Shown here one piece after another: positions 1 through 9,577 of a stretch of DNA of 63,835 nt. Below the pieces are notes generated by a model. The model saw only the letters and a program-made list of their open reading frames with translations. It did not search any database and was not told the origin of the DNA. The stretch comes from Gammaproteobacteria bacterium (GTDB taxonomy: Bacteria > Pseudomonadota > Gammaproteobacteria > JACCXJ01), in NCBI GenBank assembly GCA_052387115.1, contig JBQTJM010000017.1:1-63835 (forward strand), in the 5' to 3' direction. A program made the translations under genes and the position numbers. Each line of letters begins with the position of its first letter. The stretch's first letter is position 1.

Positions 1-36
1 CAACACCTCCAACCGCTTGATCTCTTTCCCGCTCAT
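1..36 (-). CDS. First 12 codons of a gene that runs off the left edge. The N-terminus MSGKEIKRLEVL resembles the HTH N-termini of ISNCY/IS1202-group transposases.
   Basis: The reverse complement of nt 1-36 reads ATG AGC GGG AAA GAG ATC AAG CGG TTG GAG GTG TTG. Only 12 codons are visible, so the family call rests on memory of similar N-termini. Confidence 0.3.
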   Translation of the reverse strand, partial: MSGKEIKRLEVL

Positions 37-78
37 CTCGATCCGGTCCACCTGCTACCCCTCCGCTTCCAATCAAAG

Positions 79-120
79 CGGACATTTCTAACTTGCCAGA
101 ACCGGACATTACTAATTTGC
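79..120. repeat. Two 18-nt direct repeats, cggacattTctaaCttgc and cggacattActaaTttgc, with a 24-nt period. Possibly subterminal transposase-binding repeats of the element at the left edge.
   Basis: Copies at 79-96 and 103-120 are 16/18 identical and lie about 45 nt upstream of the transposase-like start codon. Confidence 0.4.
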
Positions 121-274
121 TCCTACAACAAGCCCCGGGACACTTTGCACCACGCCACGGATGGTGTAGTCTCCGCGCCTGAGCCGGGTGCAAGCGGTGC
201 GGCACCTTGCTCGACCCACTTTGGTAGCATGTGCGGGGATCTAAGGAGGCTTCTCACCGGATGCAGCGCCCCGA

Positions 275-1720
275 ATGACCTTCCGAGGGACGGATCCCGT
301 GGCCCGGCCATCCTTGAAAGCGGTTCTTGCAGGTCCTTCGCGGGTCCTCGCCTTGCTGGCAGGCTCCCTGGCCGTCGCTTTCGCGCACCCGTTGCCGGAG
401 GGGCGGGTCGGGGGAGCCGGACGGGCCGCAGCCGCGCCTGGACCGGAGTCCGGCTCTGCGCGCGCCCGTCTCATCACCCGCGGAGAAGACCTGTTCTTCA
501 ACGAGACCTTCAACGGCAACGGGAGGACCTGCGGCACCTGCCACCCGGTGGAGAACAATTTCACCCTGGACCCTGCATTCATCGCCACGCTCGAACGCAA
601 CGACCCCCTGTTCATCGCGGAACGGGATCCGGCCCTGGCCGGTCTCGAGAACCCGCGGCTGTTGCGCGAGTTCGGTCTGATCCTCGAAAACGTGGATGGA
701 TTCCAGCATCCAGGCGTCCTGCGGGGCGTCCCGCACGTCTTGTCCTTGTCCACCTCGGTCGCGAGCTTTTCCGGGCCCCAGACCGGCTGGTCGAGTGACG
801 GCGCACCCGGCGATCGTACGCTCCGGTCGTTTGCCACCGGCGCGGTGATGCAGCATTTCACCAGGACATTGCGGCGCGTGCCCGGCGTGGACTTCCGGCT
901 GCCGACAGAGGCGGAGCTGGACGCCTTGCTGGCGTTCCAGTTGTCCTTGGGCAGGCAGTCTGATCCGGTCTTGCCCTTGCCCCTCAAAGGGACGGTCCCC
1001 CGCCGCGGGCAGGACATCTTCCTCGACGATAGCCTCGGGAAGTGCAACCTGTGCCACGTGAACGCCGGGGCCAACACCAACCTCGGCGCCGGCAATCTGG
1101 GGAACATCCGCTTCGATATCGGGGTCCAGGCCCTCCTGGACCCGCCGGCGGGCCTGACGGGTGAGCCCGTGCCCCCCGACGGCGGATTCGGAAGAGACCC
1201 CAACCCGATCCCGCAACTCGGCTTCGGGGACGGGAGCTTCAACATCCCTCCGCTGGTGGAGGCGGCCGACACCCCCCCGTTCTTCCACAACAACGCCATC
1301 GCCACCCTCGAAGGCGCGGTGGCGTTCTATAATAGCGATGCGTTCAACAACTCGCGCGGGGCTCGGCAGATCGGGGGCGGCATCCATCTCGATACCACCC
1401 AGGTGGAGGCGGTGGCCGCGTTCCTCAGGGTCATCAACGCATTGGAAAACATCGACGGCGCGATCCGCTTACAGCGTTCCGCCCTACGCAGCCGAAACGC
1501 GGCGCGCAGGACACGCTTCGTGGCACGCTCGGCGGGCGAGATCGAAGATGCGCTCGAAGTCCTCGCGGGCGCCAGCCTGCATCCCGATGCCGTGACGCTC
1601 CTTGACCAGGCCAGGTCATCCGTGACTGGCTGCGAGCCCTGTTCGAAGACGGCGATCCGAAGGGCCATTCGAAGAGAACGGGCAGCCCGCAGGCGCATCG
1701 CGGCGCCCACCGCACCGTAG
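275..1720 (+). CDS. Di-haem cytochrome c peroxidase / MauG-family protein, secreted.
   Basis: A hydrophobic N-terminal signal (VLALLAGSLAVAFA). Two CxxCH haem motifs (RTCGTCHP and GKCNLCHV) at the spacing typical of bacterial CCP-like proteins. Confidence 0.75.
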   Translation: MTFRGTDPVARPSLKAVLAGPSRVLALLAGSLAVAFAHPLPEGRVGGAGRAAAAPGPESGSARARLITRGEDLFFNETFNGNGRTCGTCHPVENNFTLDPAFIATLERNDPLFIAERDPALAGLENPRLLREFGLILENVDGFQHPGVLRGVPHVLSLSTSVASFSGPQTGWSSDGAPGDRTLRSFATGAVMQHFTRTLRRVPGVDFRLPTEAELDALLAFQLSLGRQSDPVLPLPLKGTVPRRGQDIFLDDSLGKCNLCHVNAGANTNLGAGNLGNIRFDIGVQALLDPPAGLTGEPVPPDGGFGRDPNPIPQLGFGDGSFNIPPLVEAADTPPFFHNNAIATLEGAVAFYNSDAFNNSRGARQIGGGIHLDTTQVEAVAAFLRVINALENIDGAIRLQRSALRSRNAARRTRFVARSAGEIEDALEVLAGASLHPDAVTLLDQARSSVTGCEPCSKTAIRRAIRRERAARRRIAAPTAP

Positions 1721-1745
1721 CACCAACCGACAGGAGAAGAATCAT

Positions 1746-2825
1746 ATGGAGATCCGTAGGGCACTTGGCGCCACAGCGTTTCTCGTGGGGTATCTGGTAG
1801 CGTTTCCGGTACACGCCGGCTTTCACTTCGTCCAGTTCGACGAGGTCATGGCCGGGGCCAACGGCAACCCGGCGATCCAGTTCATCGAGTTGACCATGTT
1901 GGAGAACGAAGAAAACTGCCAGCAGAGCGGAGAGGCCGATCCCGCCGGCCCGTTCGGATGCGTGGATGCGTCCGCGTCCCCGGATTTTAGCGCCGCCCGA
2001 CTGTTCTTCTTCGACGCTGCCGGTACGCCGCTGGGAGTCCCGGAAGGCTTCGGTTTCCCCCACAACACCCCGATCGGGGGGGCGGGCCGGTCGATCCTGA
2101 TCGGCACCCAGGCGTTCGCCGATTTACCCACCCCGCCCACACCTGAGCCTGATTTCATCATGCCGCCCATGGTCGCGGCGAACTCCGGAAAGGTCTGCTA
2201 CAAGAACGACCCTAGTGCGTTCGATTTTGTCACCCAGTGCCTTTCCTACGGGACCTTTTCTGGTGACACGGAAGGTTTCGGATCCCCCGCCCCTGCCCTC
2301 CCCATCACGGGGGCCGTGAGCCTCCGGCGCGTCGACAGCACCGCAAACAACGCTACGGACTTCGCCCTGAGCACTCCGGCCCCGTGCGCGAACACGGGGG
2401 CGTGTGCCACGCCGCCACCACCACCGCCACCACCGCCACCACCGGTAACCCCACCGACTGGGTTCCCGCCCGTTTCCACCTGTCGGGCCAGGACTTGCGG
2501 GGTCCTGCTCACCTGCCAGGACTCGAGTACCGCATGCACCAGCTATGTCGATCTGACCGTGCGTGCCAGTGCCGTCAGGCTCGGCCGTGACCCGTCAATG
2601 TTGGCCAAGGCGCGCCGACGGATCAGGTTCGCTTTCGGCGTGGTCAACGTCCCGCCCGACCGGACCGACACCTTCAAGCTCCGGCTCACCAAGAACGGCA
2701 GGAAGATCGTCAAGAAGAAAAACGTGAAGAGACTTAAGGGTAGGCTGGAGGTGAGGAATATCAGCGGGGCCATCGTCAGCAACACCCCGATCACCATCCG
2801 GCTCATCACCCGCAGGCCGAGGTGA
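1746..2825 (+). CDS. Secreted hypothetical protein with a (Pro)12 linker and a basic C-terminal domain. The N-terminal part is possibly lamin-tail-like.
   Basis: RBS aggaga lies 8 nt upstream of the ATG. Signal peptide ATAFLVGYLVAFPVHAG. The motif PAIQFIELTM resembles LTD domains. The run PPPPPPPPPPPP is encoded at about 2409-2445. Confidence 0.65.
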   Translation: MEIRRALGATAFLVGYLVAFPVHAGFHFVQFDEVMAGANGNPAIQFIELTMLENEENCQQSGEADPAGPFGCVDASASPDFSAARLFFFDAAGTPLGVPEGFGFPHNTPIGGAGRSILIGTQAFADLPTPPTPEPDFIMPPMVAANSGKVCYKNDPSAFDFVTQCLSYGTFSGDTEGFGSPAPALPITGAVSLRRVDSTANNATDFALSTPAPCANTGACATPPPPPPPPPPPVTPPTGFPPVSTCRARTCGVLLTCQDSSTACTSYVDLTVRASAVRLGRDPSMLAKARRRIRFAFGVVNVPPDRTDTFKLRLTKNGRKIVKKKNVKRLKGRLEVRNISGAIVSNTPITIRLITRRPR

Positions 2826-2860
2826 CCAGCCCCGCCACCGAAAAACGGTAGGGGCGCACG

Positions 2861-2882
2861 GCCGTGCGCCCCTTGATATAAG
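2861..2882 (+). terminator. Perfect GC-rich palindrome downstream of the 1746-2825 gene; hairpin terminator candidate.
   Basis: ggggcgcacgg/ccgtgcgcccc is a perfect 22-nt palindrome, 36 nt after the stop codon. It is followed by ttgatat, which is a weak T tract. Confidence 0.55.
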
Positions 2883-2897
2883 CCCCGCGGTTCCCCC

Positions 2898-3311
2898 ATG
2901 ACCCACGGGCACCGGCCGGGCCGGGACGACGCGCTGGGAGAGCGGCGCGAGCGGCTCCTGGAACAGCACGCGGCACTTGCGAGCCTCACGCAGAGCCCGG
3001 TCTTCCATGGCGACGATCTGGAGGAGACCATCCGGCATGTGACCGGGATGGCGGCCCGGCTCATGCACATTGAGCGCGTCAGCCTGTGGCGTTATACAGA
3101 AGCGCGCACGGCGATCCCGCCGGAGAGCACGCTCCGAACCCTTCTCGACCTCGCCCGCCAGGGCAACATCGGGGCGCTGCGGGAGCAAGCCCTGCGTCTC
3201 GCCGCGCTCGACCCGCCGCACGCCGCGTTCGCCGGGCACATGGGGGGGTATCTCGAGGGCTTCCAGATGAAAAAGCTGCGCCAGTGGCTCGAGCAGCTCG
3301 ACCGGCCATGA
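2898..3311 (+). CDS. 137-aa hypothetical protein. It looks like a collapsed sensor: the start of a GAF domain joined to a short C-terminal helical tail.
   Basis: LEETIRHVTGMAARLMHIERVSLWRY resembles the first helix/strand of GAF domains, but the rest of the domain is absent. Its stop overlaps the next start (ATGA at 3308-3311). Confidence 0.5.
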   Translation: MTHGHRPGRDDALGERRERLLEQHAALASLTQSPVFHGDDLEETIRHVTGMAARLMHIERVSLWRYTEARTAIPPESTLRTLLDLARQGNIGALREQALRLAALDPPHAAFAGHMGGYLEGFQMKKLRQWLEQLDRP

Positions 3312-5071
3312 GCGATCCCCCCCGCCAACCGCTGGTGCTCTTGGTGGACGACACGCCGGCGAACCTGCGCGTGCTGTTCGATCTATTGAGCAACCGCGGT
3401 TTCGAAGTCTCGGTCGCCGAGGATGGCGTAAGTGCGCTGGAGCAACTCGAGTACATCCACCCCGACCTCATCCTCCTCGATGTCCTGATGCCGGAGATGG
3501 ACGGCTATACCGCCTGTAGGCGCCTCAAGGAGCGACCGGAGACACGCGACATCCCAGTGGTCTTCATGACCGCCCTGACCGATACCGCGGACAAGGTCAA
3601 GGGATTCGAGTGCGGTGCCGTGGACTACATCACCAAGCCCTTCCAGCATGAGGAGGTGCTGGCTCGCATCCGTACCCATATCGCGCTGCAACGCCTCAAG
3701 CAGCGCATCGCACAGAGCGAGGAACGCCTGGCCAGCGTCTTCCAGTCCGCCCTCGATGCCATCATCGCCTTCGACGGCGACGGTCGCATCACGCTCTTCA
3801 ACCGCGCGGCCGAGCGAGTATTTCGCTGCCCGGCCACAGTGGCCATCGGTACGCCCTGCGCCGAGCGCCTGTCCCCGGATCTGTGGTGGTTGGTGTCGGA
3901 GTATGTGGCACGCGCCCCGCGGGCCCCCATCCGCATTCCCGAAGGCCATCGCGCGCTGCGTGCCGACGGCAGCGCCTTTCCGATCGAGGCCAGCCTATCC
4001 TGCGCGCCCGTCACCGGCGGCGCCACCTTTACCCTGTTCCTGCGCGACATCGAGGCGCGTACGCACGCCGAGTCCGAATGCCGGCGATTGGAGGGGCTCA
4101 CCCTCTATCTTCAGGAACAGCTAGAGGCCGCCGGCAACGACGCGGACCTCGTCGGCGGCTCGCACGGCCTGCAAACGGTGATGGAGCAGGTACGCCAGGT
4201 CGCGGCGACCGATGCCACCGTGCTCATCACCGGAGACACCGGCACCGGCAAGGGGCTCATCGCGCGCGCTATCCATGCGGCTAGCCGCCGCAAGGACGCG
4301 ATCCTGGTCAAGCTCAACTGCGCCGCCATCCCCGAGCACCTGGTCGAGAGCGAGCTGTTCGGTCATGAGAAGGGGGCCTTCACCGGCGCCCTGGCGCGCA
4401 AGCTCGGCCGCTTCGAGCTGGCCGATCGGGGCACCTTGTTCATGGACGAGGTCGGGGAGTTGCCCATCGCGCTGCAACCCAAGCTCTTGCGGGTCCTGCA
4501 AGACGGGGAGCTCGAACGCGTGGGCGGCACCGAGACCCGCACGGTCGATGTGCGCATCATCGCCGCCACCAACCGCGACCTCGTGAAAAGCATCCAGGAG
4601 GGCCGGTTCCGCGCCGATCTGTACTATCGGCTCAATGTCTTCCCGATCGCCCTCCCCGCGCTACGCGCACGCCGGGACGATCTGCCGGCACTGGTCGGGC
4701 ATTTCGTGCGCCGTTTCGCCGGGCGCTACGCCAAGCCCCTCGAGACCGTTTCGCCGGCCCTCATGGCGGCACTCGAGGCGCACGACTGGCCCGGCAATGT
4801 GCGCGAGCTGGAGCACGTCATCGAACGCGCCGTGATCCTGTCCCGTGGTGGCGAGCTGACCTTCGATAAGGCCTTGAGCGTACCGACCCAGGAGGACGAC
4901 CCGGAACCGGAAACCATGGCAGAGGCCGAACGCGCCCACATCCTCCGCGTCCTGGAGGCCGCCGGCTGGCGGGTCGCCGGCCCGAATGGCGCGGCCGAGC
5001 GCCTCGGGCTCAGGCCGACGACCCTGGAATCGCGGATGAAGAAACTCGGGATCCGGCGTCGCCCGGGTTAG
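3308..5071 (+). CDS. Sigma-54-dependent response regulator (REC-PAS-AAA+-Fis HTH), NtrC family.
   Basis: REC domain: LLVDDTPANL...DVLMPEMDGY...KPF. PAS domain: SVFQSALDAIIAFDGDGRITLFNRAAERVF. AAA+ domain: GDTGTGKG, GAFTGA, ELFGHEKGAFTGA, RADLYYRLNV. C-terminal HTH: AAERLGLRPTTLESRMKKLGI. Start re-called to the ATG at 3308; the ORF-track start at 3086 lies inside the upstream gene. Confidence 0.9.
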   Translation: MSDPPRQPLVLLVDDTPANLRVLFDLLSNRGFEVSVAEDGVSALEQLEYIHPDLILLDVLMPEMDGYTACRRLKERPETRDIPVVFMTALTDTADKVKGFECGAVDYITKPFQHEEVLARIRTHIALQRLKQRIAQSEERLASVFQSALDAIIAFDGDGRITLFNRAAERVFRCPATVAIGTPCAERLSPDLWWLVSEYVARAPRAPIRIPEGHRALRADGSAFPIEASLSCAPVTGGATFTLFLRDIEARTHAESECRRLEGLTLYLQEQLEAAGNDADLVGGSHGLQTVMEQVRQVAATDATVLITGDTGTGKGLIARAIHAASRRKDAILVKLNCAAIPEHLVESELFGHEKGAFTGALARKLGRFELADRGTLFMDEVGELPIALQPKLLRVLQDGELERVGGTETRTVDVRIIAATNRDLVKSIQEGRFRADLYYRLNVFPIALPALRARRDDLPALVGHFVRRFAGRYAKPLETVSPALMAALEAHDWPGNVRELEHVIERAVILSRGGELTFDKALSVPTQEDDPEPETMAEAERAHILRVLEAAGWRVAGPNGAAERLGLRPTTLESRMKKLGIRRRPG

Positions 5072-5223
5072 CACGGTAGTGCCAACTCCTGCCGGTGGGT
5101 TCCGGCACCGGCACGCCCGTGGCGATGTGGCGGGCGATTTGCGGTAAAATGGCCGCCGCCCTTGGAGGCCCTGCCCCTGCCGGGTGTGCGCGGCCCCGGC
5201 GGCGCCGATAAGCCCAAGAGATC

Positions 5224-6705
5224 ATGAAACAGTCGATCCAGCTACGCCTGGGACAGAGCCTGGTGATGACGCCGCAGTTGCAGCAGGCGATACGCCTCCT
5301 GCAGCTCTCGACGGCCGAGCTCAATGCCGAGGTTCAGGAAGCCCTGGACTCGAACATGATGCTCGAGATCGACGAGGAGCAGGACCTGGGGCGCGGCACC
5401 GGGACGCAGAACGGTGAGGGGGAGGCCGATCGTCCGGCGCGCGCAGCCGAGCCGGATGCCGATCTAAAGGCCACCGATGAGAACATCGCGGGCGAAATCC
5501 CCGAGGAGCTGCCCGTGGACAGCTCCTGGGACGATGTCTTCGACACGCCGCTCGCCTCTTCGGGTGGCAGCTCGGAGAACGCCATGGAGATCGAGAACCA
5601 GCGCTCGGGCGAGGTATCGCTCCGGGAGCACCTGCTCTGGCAGATCAACCTGGCCCCGATCACGGAGATGGACACGGTCATCGCCTACGCCGTCGTGGAT
5701 GCCCTGGACGGCGATGGCTTCCTGGGGGCAAGCCTGGAAGAGATCCAGCAGACCCTCGGCAACGACGCCGAGCCCGGGGTCGAGATGGACGAGATCGAGG
5801 CCATGCTGCACTGGGTACAGAACCTAGATCCGCCCGGCGTCGCGGCCCGCGATCTGCGCGAGTGCCTGGCCTTGCAGCTCCAGCAAGGCGAAGCGGGCAG
5901 ACCGTGGCTCGCAGAGGCCAAGCTCTTGATCGCGAAGTTCTTCGATCTCCTGGTGGCGCGCGACTACCACCAGCTCGCGCGGCGCATGAAGCTCGACAAG
6001 GAAGCGCTCCAGGAGGTCATCAAAGTGATCCAGTCCTTGAACCCGCGGCCCGGGGCGCACTTGCAGTCGGCGCGGATCGAGTACGTGGTCCCCGATGTCT
6101 ATGTCCGCCGCAAGGCCGGCGCCTGGCAGGTGGAGCTCAACCCTGAGGCGGTTCCCCACCTGCGTGTCAACCCCTACTACGCGGGCATGATCCGGCGCGC
6201 CGACACCAGCGCCGACAATACCTCGCTCAGGGCCCACCTGCAGGAGGCGCGGTGGTTCATCAAGAGCCTGCAGAGCCGCAGCCAGACGCTGTTGCGGGTC
6301 GCGACCGCCATCGTCGAACGCCAGCGGGCGTTCCTGGAGCACGGCGACGTGGCGATGAAGCCGCTGGTCCTGCACGATATCGCCGAGGTCCTCGGCATGC
6401 ACGAATCCACCATCTCGCGCGTGACCACCCGCAAGTACATGCACACGCCGCGCGGGATCTATGAGTTGAAGTACTTCTTCTCCAGCCACCTCAACACCGA
6501 CACCGGCGGGGCCTGCTCCTCGACCGCGATCCGGGCCGTGATCAAGAAACTGATCGCCGCGGAGGATCCCCAGGGCCCCATGAGCGACAGCAAGATCGCG
6601 GGGGTCCTGACCCAGCAGGGCATCCAGGTGGCGCGCCGGACGGTGGCGAAGTATCGCGAGGCGATGGCGATCCCGCCGTCCAACGAGCGCAAGCGCCTGG
6701 TGTAA
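5224..6705 (+). CDS. rpoN: RNA polymerase sigma-54 factor.
   Basis: N-terminus MKQSIQLRLGQSLVMTPQLQQAIRLLQLSTAEL, an acidic region II, and the RpoN box ARRTVAKYRE near the C-terminus. Confidence 0.97.
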   Translation: MKQSIQLRLGQSLVMTPQLQQAIRLLQLSTAELNAEVQEALDSNMMLEIDEEQDLGRGTGTQNGEGEADRPARAAEPDADLKATDENIAGEIPEELPVDSSWDDVFDTPLASSGGSSENAMEIENQRSGEVSLREHLLWQINLAPITEMDTVIAYAVVDALDGDGFLGASLEEIQQTLGNDAEPGVEMDEIEAMLHWVQNLDPPGVAARDLRECLALQLQQGEAGRPWLAEAKLLIAKFFDLLVARDYHQLARRMKLDKEALQEVIKVIQSLNPRPGAHLQSARIEYVVPDVYVRRKAGAWQVELNPEAVPHLRVNPYYAGMIRRADTSADNTSLRAHLQEARWFIKSLQSRSQTLLRVATAIVERQRAFLEHGDVAMKPLVLHDIAEVLGMHESTISRVTTRKYMHTPRGIYELKYFFSSHLNTDTGGACSSTAIRAVIKKLIAAEDPQGPMSDSKIAGVLTQQGIQVARRTVAKYREAMAIPPSNERKRLV

Positions 6706-6812
6706 GGTGCCTGTCGAGCCCGGCTTTTTATCGAATACTTCCCCTCAACCTACATCGACGACCCGGTAGCGGTTTCATTGGAAAGGTTTTCGGGCAGTCA
6801 CTAGGAGTCACG

Positions 6813-7133
6813 ATGCAGATCAATCTCACGGGGCACCATCTGGAAGTTACGCCGGCGATCAAGACCTACGTCGAGACCAAGCTCGAAAGAATGGAACGCC
6901 ATTTCGATCATGTGACCACCGTTCACGTCGTGCTGGCCGTGGAGAAACAACGCCAGCGCGCCGAAGCGACCATCAACGTCGCCGGCGGGCGCCTATACGC
7001 CGATGCAGAGCACGATGATCTCTACGCCGCCATCGATGTCCTCATCGACAAGCTGGACCGCCAGTTGATCCGCCATAAAGAACAACTGACCGACCACCAC
7101 CGCGCCGATGGAGGGCTCAAGGGCCAGTCGTGA
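6813..7133 (+). CDS. hpf: Ribosome hibernation promoting factor (short HPF/YhbH type).
   Basis: MQINLTGHHLEVTPAIKTYVETKLERMERHFD. RBS aggag upstream. Conserved position directly after rpoN. Confidence 0.9.
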   Translation: MQINLTGHHLEVTPAIKTYVETKLERMERHFDHVTTVHVVLAVEKQRQRAEATINVAGGRLYADAEHDDLYAAIDVLIDKLDRQLIRHKEQLTDHHRADGGLKGQS

Positions 7134-7186
7134 TCGGCCCGCTCGTGAGCCAGGCGCGCAACGCCATCGACATTGCAGGCCCGTCC

Positions 7187-7654
7187 ATGGAAATAGCGGA
7201 GATCCTGGCGCCGAGCTCTGTGGCATGGAACGCCGGCGCGCGCAGCAAGAAGGCGGTGTTGGAAGCCCTGGCCGGGCTGATCGCGAGGGATGGCGGTGGC
7301 GCTACGGCCGGTGAGGTGTTCCAGGGCCTGCTCGCCCGAGAGCGCCTGGGCAGCACGGCCCTCGGGCGTGGGATCGCCATACCGCATGGGCGGATGGAAC
7401 GCTGCGAGGGGCCGCGCGCGGCCTTTCTGCACGCCGCGAAAGGCGTGGACTTCGATGCCGCAGATAATCAACCGGTGGATCTCTTCTTCGCGCTCCTGGT
7501 CCCCGCCGAGTGCCAGGATCATCACCTGCGCATCCTGGCGCACCTGGCGGAGATGTTCAGCGACGGGGACCTGGTCGCCCGCCTTCGGGCCAGCAGCGGG
7601 CCTGCCGAGTCCTACGCAATCTTGACCGGCTGGTCACCCGCGCCCGCGCCATGA
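7187..7654 (+). CDS. ptsN: PTS-Ntr enzyme IIA.
   Basis: The phospho-histidine motif GIAIPHGR, plus length and position after hpf. Start re-called to the ATG at 7187 (MEIAEIL). The ORF-track GTG at 7130 overlaps the hpf stop and is the alternative. Confidence 0.85.
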   Translation: MEIAEILAPSSVAWNAGARSKKAVLEALAGLIARDGGGATAGEVFQGLLARERLGSTALGRGIAIPHGRMERCEGPRAAFLHAAKGVDFDAADNQPVDLFFALLVPAECQDHHLRILAHLAEMFSDGDLVARLRASSGPAESYAILTGWSPAPAP

Positions 7655-8697
7655 TGGCCACTATCGCGATCGACGAGCTGTTCGCCATCCATGCCGAGCG
7701 CTTGCAGCTCGCATGGGTCGCGGGACGTGCCGGCGCTACGCGCAAGATCGTGGCGGGTCTGGTCCACGCCGACGGGCGCCAGGTCATCGGTGACGACATC
7801 ACGACCATCGAGACCCGCCGGGGTGTGGCGCCGCGGGGGTCGCCGCCAAGGGGGTCGCCTAAGAAGTCGCTGGTCGGGCACCTGAACCTCATCCACCCCA
7901 ACGAGATCCAGGTCCTGGGCGATTCCGAGATCCAGTACCTGACCGGGCTGCGGGACATCTCGCGGGAGGACGCGCTGAGACAGCTCTTGAGCCACGAGCC
8001 GCGCTGTGTCATCGTCGCGGAAGGACAGGGCATCCCCGAGCCGCTGCGCGCGGCCTGCGAGGGGAGCGCGACCCCGCTGCTGGCGTCGCCGCTGCCGAGC
8101 AACAAGCTGGCCGACGACCTGCACTATTACCTGTCGAACCTCCTGGCCGAGGCCGCGACCCTGCACGGGGTGTACATGGAAGTCATGTCGATAGGGGTGC
8201 TACTGACCGGAGAGAGCGGGGTCGGGAAGAGCGAGCTGGCAATGGAGTTGATCACCCGCGGCCATCGCCTGATCGCCGACGACGCGCCGGAGTTCTCGCG
8301 CATCGCCCCGGATATCGTGAACGGCACCTGCCCCAAGGCCCTGCAGGACTTCCTGGAGGTGCGCGGTCTCGGGATCCTGAACATCCGCGAGCTGTTCGGC
8401 GCGGGGGCCTTGAGGAGCAATAAATACCTCCGCCTGATCATCCGTCTGGAGCGCCTGGATCGGCCGGGACTCGTGGACATCGAGCGGCTCGGGGGGACTT
8501 ATCGGACGCGCCAGGTGTTGGGGCTGGATATCCCCGACATCCTGTTGCCGGTGGCGCCTGGGCGCAATCTGGCGGTGCTCGTCGAATGCGCCGCGCGCAA
8601 CCATATCCTGCGCATGAGCGGCTACAACTCGGCCGACGATTTCATGCAGCGCCAGCGCGCGATGCTGGAGCATGAGACCGACCGGGCGGCGTCCTGA
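7651..8697 (+). CDS. hprK: HPr kinase/phosphorylase.
   Basis: Walker A GESGVGKSE. C-terminal signature LEVRGLGILNIRELFG. ATGA overlap with the ptsN stop at 7651-7654. Confidence 0.9.
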   Translation: MMATIAIDELFAIHAERLQLAWVAGRAGATRKIVAGLVHADGRQVIGDDITTIETRRGVAPRGSPPRGSPKKSLVGHLNLIHPNEIQVLGDSEIQYLTGLRDISREDALRQLLSHEPRCVIVAEGQGIPEPLRAACEGSATPLLASPLPSNKLADDLHYYLSNLLAEAATLHGVYMEVMSIGVLLTGESGVGKSELAMELITRGHRLIADDAPEFSRIAPDIVNGTCPKALQDFLEVRGLGILNIRELFGAGALRSNKYLRLIIRLERLDRPGLVDIERLGGTYRTRQVLGLDIPDILLPVAPGRNLAVLVECAARNHILRMSGYNSADDFMQRQRAMLEHETDRAAS

Positions 8698-9567
8698 ATG
8701 GTGGGCCTGGCGGCCCCTCGGCTGGTCATCGTGACCGGCCTCTCGGGGGCCGGGAAGACGGTGGTGCTGAACGCCCTCGAGGACCTGTGTTATTACACCA
8801 TCGATAACCTCCCCATCGGCTTCCTGCCGACGTTTCTGCGCCATATCGCCGAGGTCGACCAGCCGCAGTACCGGCACATGGCGATCGGGATCGATGCCCG
8901 TAACCCGGCCGATTCCCTGTTGGAATTTCCCGAGCGCCTGGTGGAGATGAGGCGCGGGGCGGTGGCCGATCTGGTGTTCGTCGAGGCCGATGACCAGACC
9001 CTGATGCGCCGTTTCAGCGAGACGCGCCGCCGCCATCCGCTCTCCAGCGAACACCGGTCGCTGGCCTTGGCGATCCAGGAAGAACGCCGCCTGCTCGGGG
9101 CCCTGTCGGAACATGCCGATCTGCGCATCGACACCAGCCACAGCTCCGTGCACCAGTTGCGCGATCGAGTGCGGGAGCGCATCGCCCTGCGTCCCGCCGG
9201 GACCCTCTCGTTGCAGCTCATCGCCTTCGGCTACAAGCACGGTGTGCCGACGGACGCGGATTTCGTGTTCGACGTGCGCTGCCTCCCGAACCCCTACTGG
9301 GAGACACGGTTGCGCGACCTGAGCGGACAGGACCCCCAGGTCGTCGACTATCTGGAGCGGGCGCCGCAGGTGCGGGACATGACGGAGCAGATCGGGGAGT
9401 TCCTGGAGCGCTGGCTGCCGCGCTTCGAGGCCGAGAGCCGCGCCTATCTCACCATCGCCATCGGTTGCACGGGTGGGCGCCACCGCTCGGTGTATGTCGT
9501 GCACCAGCTGGCGGAACGCTTCGGGAGCACCGGCCGCGCGCTACTCGTCACTCATCGGGATATGTGA
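8698..9567 (+). CDS. rapZ: RNase adapter protein RapZ (YhbJ).
   Basis: LVIVTGLSGAGKTVVLNALEDLCYYTIDNLP, and C-terminal IAIGCTGGRHRSV. The start immediately follows the hprK stop. Confidence 0.92.
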   Translation: MVGLAAPRLVIVTGLSGAGKTVVLNALEDLCYYTIDNLPIGFLPTFLRHIAEVDQPQYRHMAIGIDARNPADSLLEFPERLVEMRRGAVADLVFVEADDQTLMRRFSETRRRHPLSSEHRSLALAIQEERRLLGALSEHADLRIDTSHSSVHQLRDRVRERIALRPAGTLSLQLIAFGYKHGVPTDADFVFDVRCLPNPYWETRLRDLSGQDPQVVDYLERAPQVRDMTEQIGEFLERWLPRFEAESRAYLTIAIGCTGGRHRSVYVVHQLAERFGSTGRALLVTHRDM

Positions 9568-9577
9568 GGGACATATA

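Noticed and set aside
241-1387. Long antisense or alternative-frame ORFs overlapping real genes. Examples: 241-1305(-), 254-1387(-), 8200-9504(-), 10080-11210(-), 11238-12425(-), 17984-19264(+), 24369-25526(-), 28314-30191(-), 36819-38201(+), 43884-45209(-), 45611-47134(-), 54596-56326(+), 59877-60725(-), 61122-62075(-).
   Set aside because: They are Arg/Ala/Gly/Pro-rich translations with no recognisable motifs. Each lies opposite, or out of frame with, a gene that has strong family signatures. This is typical of shadow ORFs in DNA of about 65 percent GC.
2409-2445. The (CCN)12 proline tract as a contingency or phase-variation locus.
   Set aside because: The codons are mixed (ccg/cca), so the DNA is not a pure repeat, and any slippage would stay in frame. 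It is more likely just a flexible linker.
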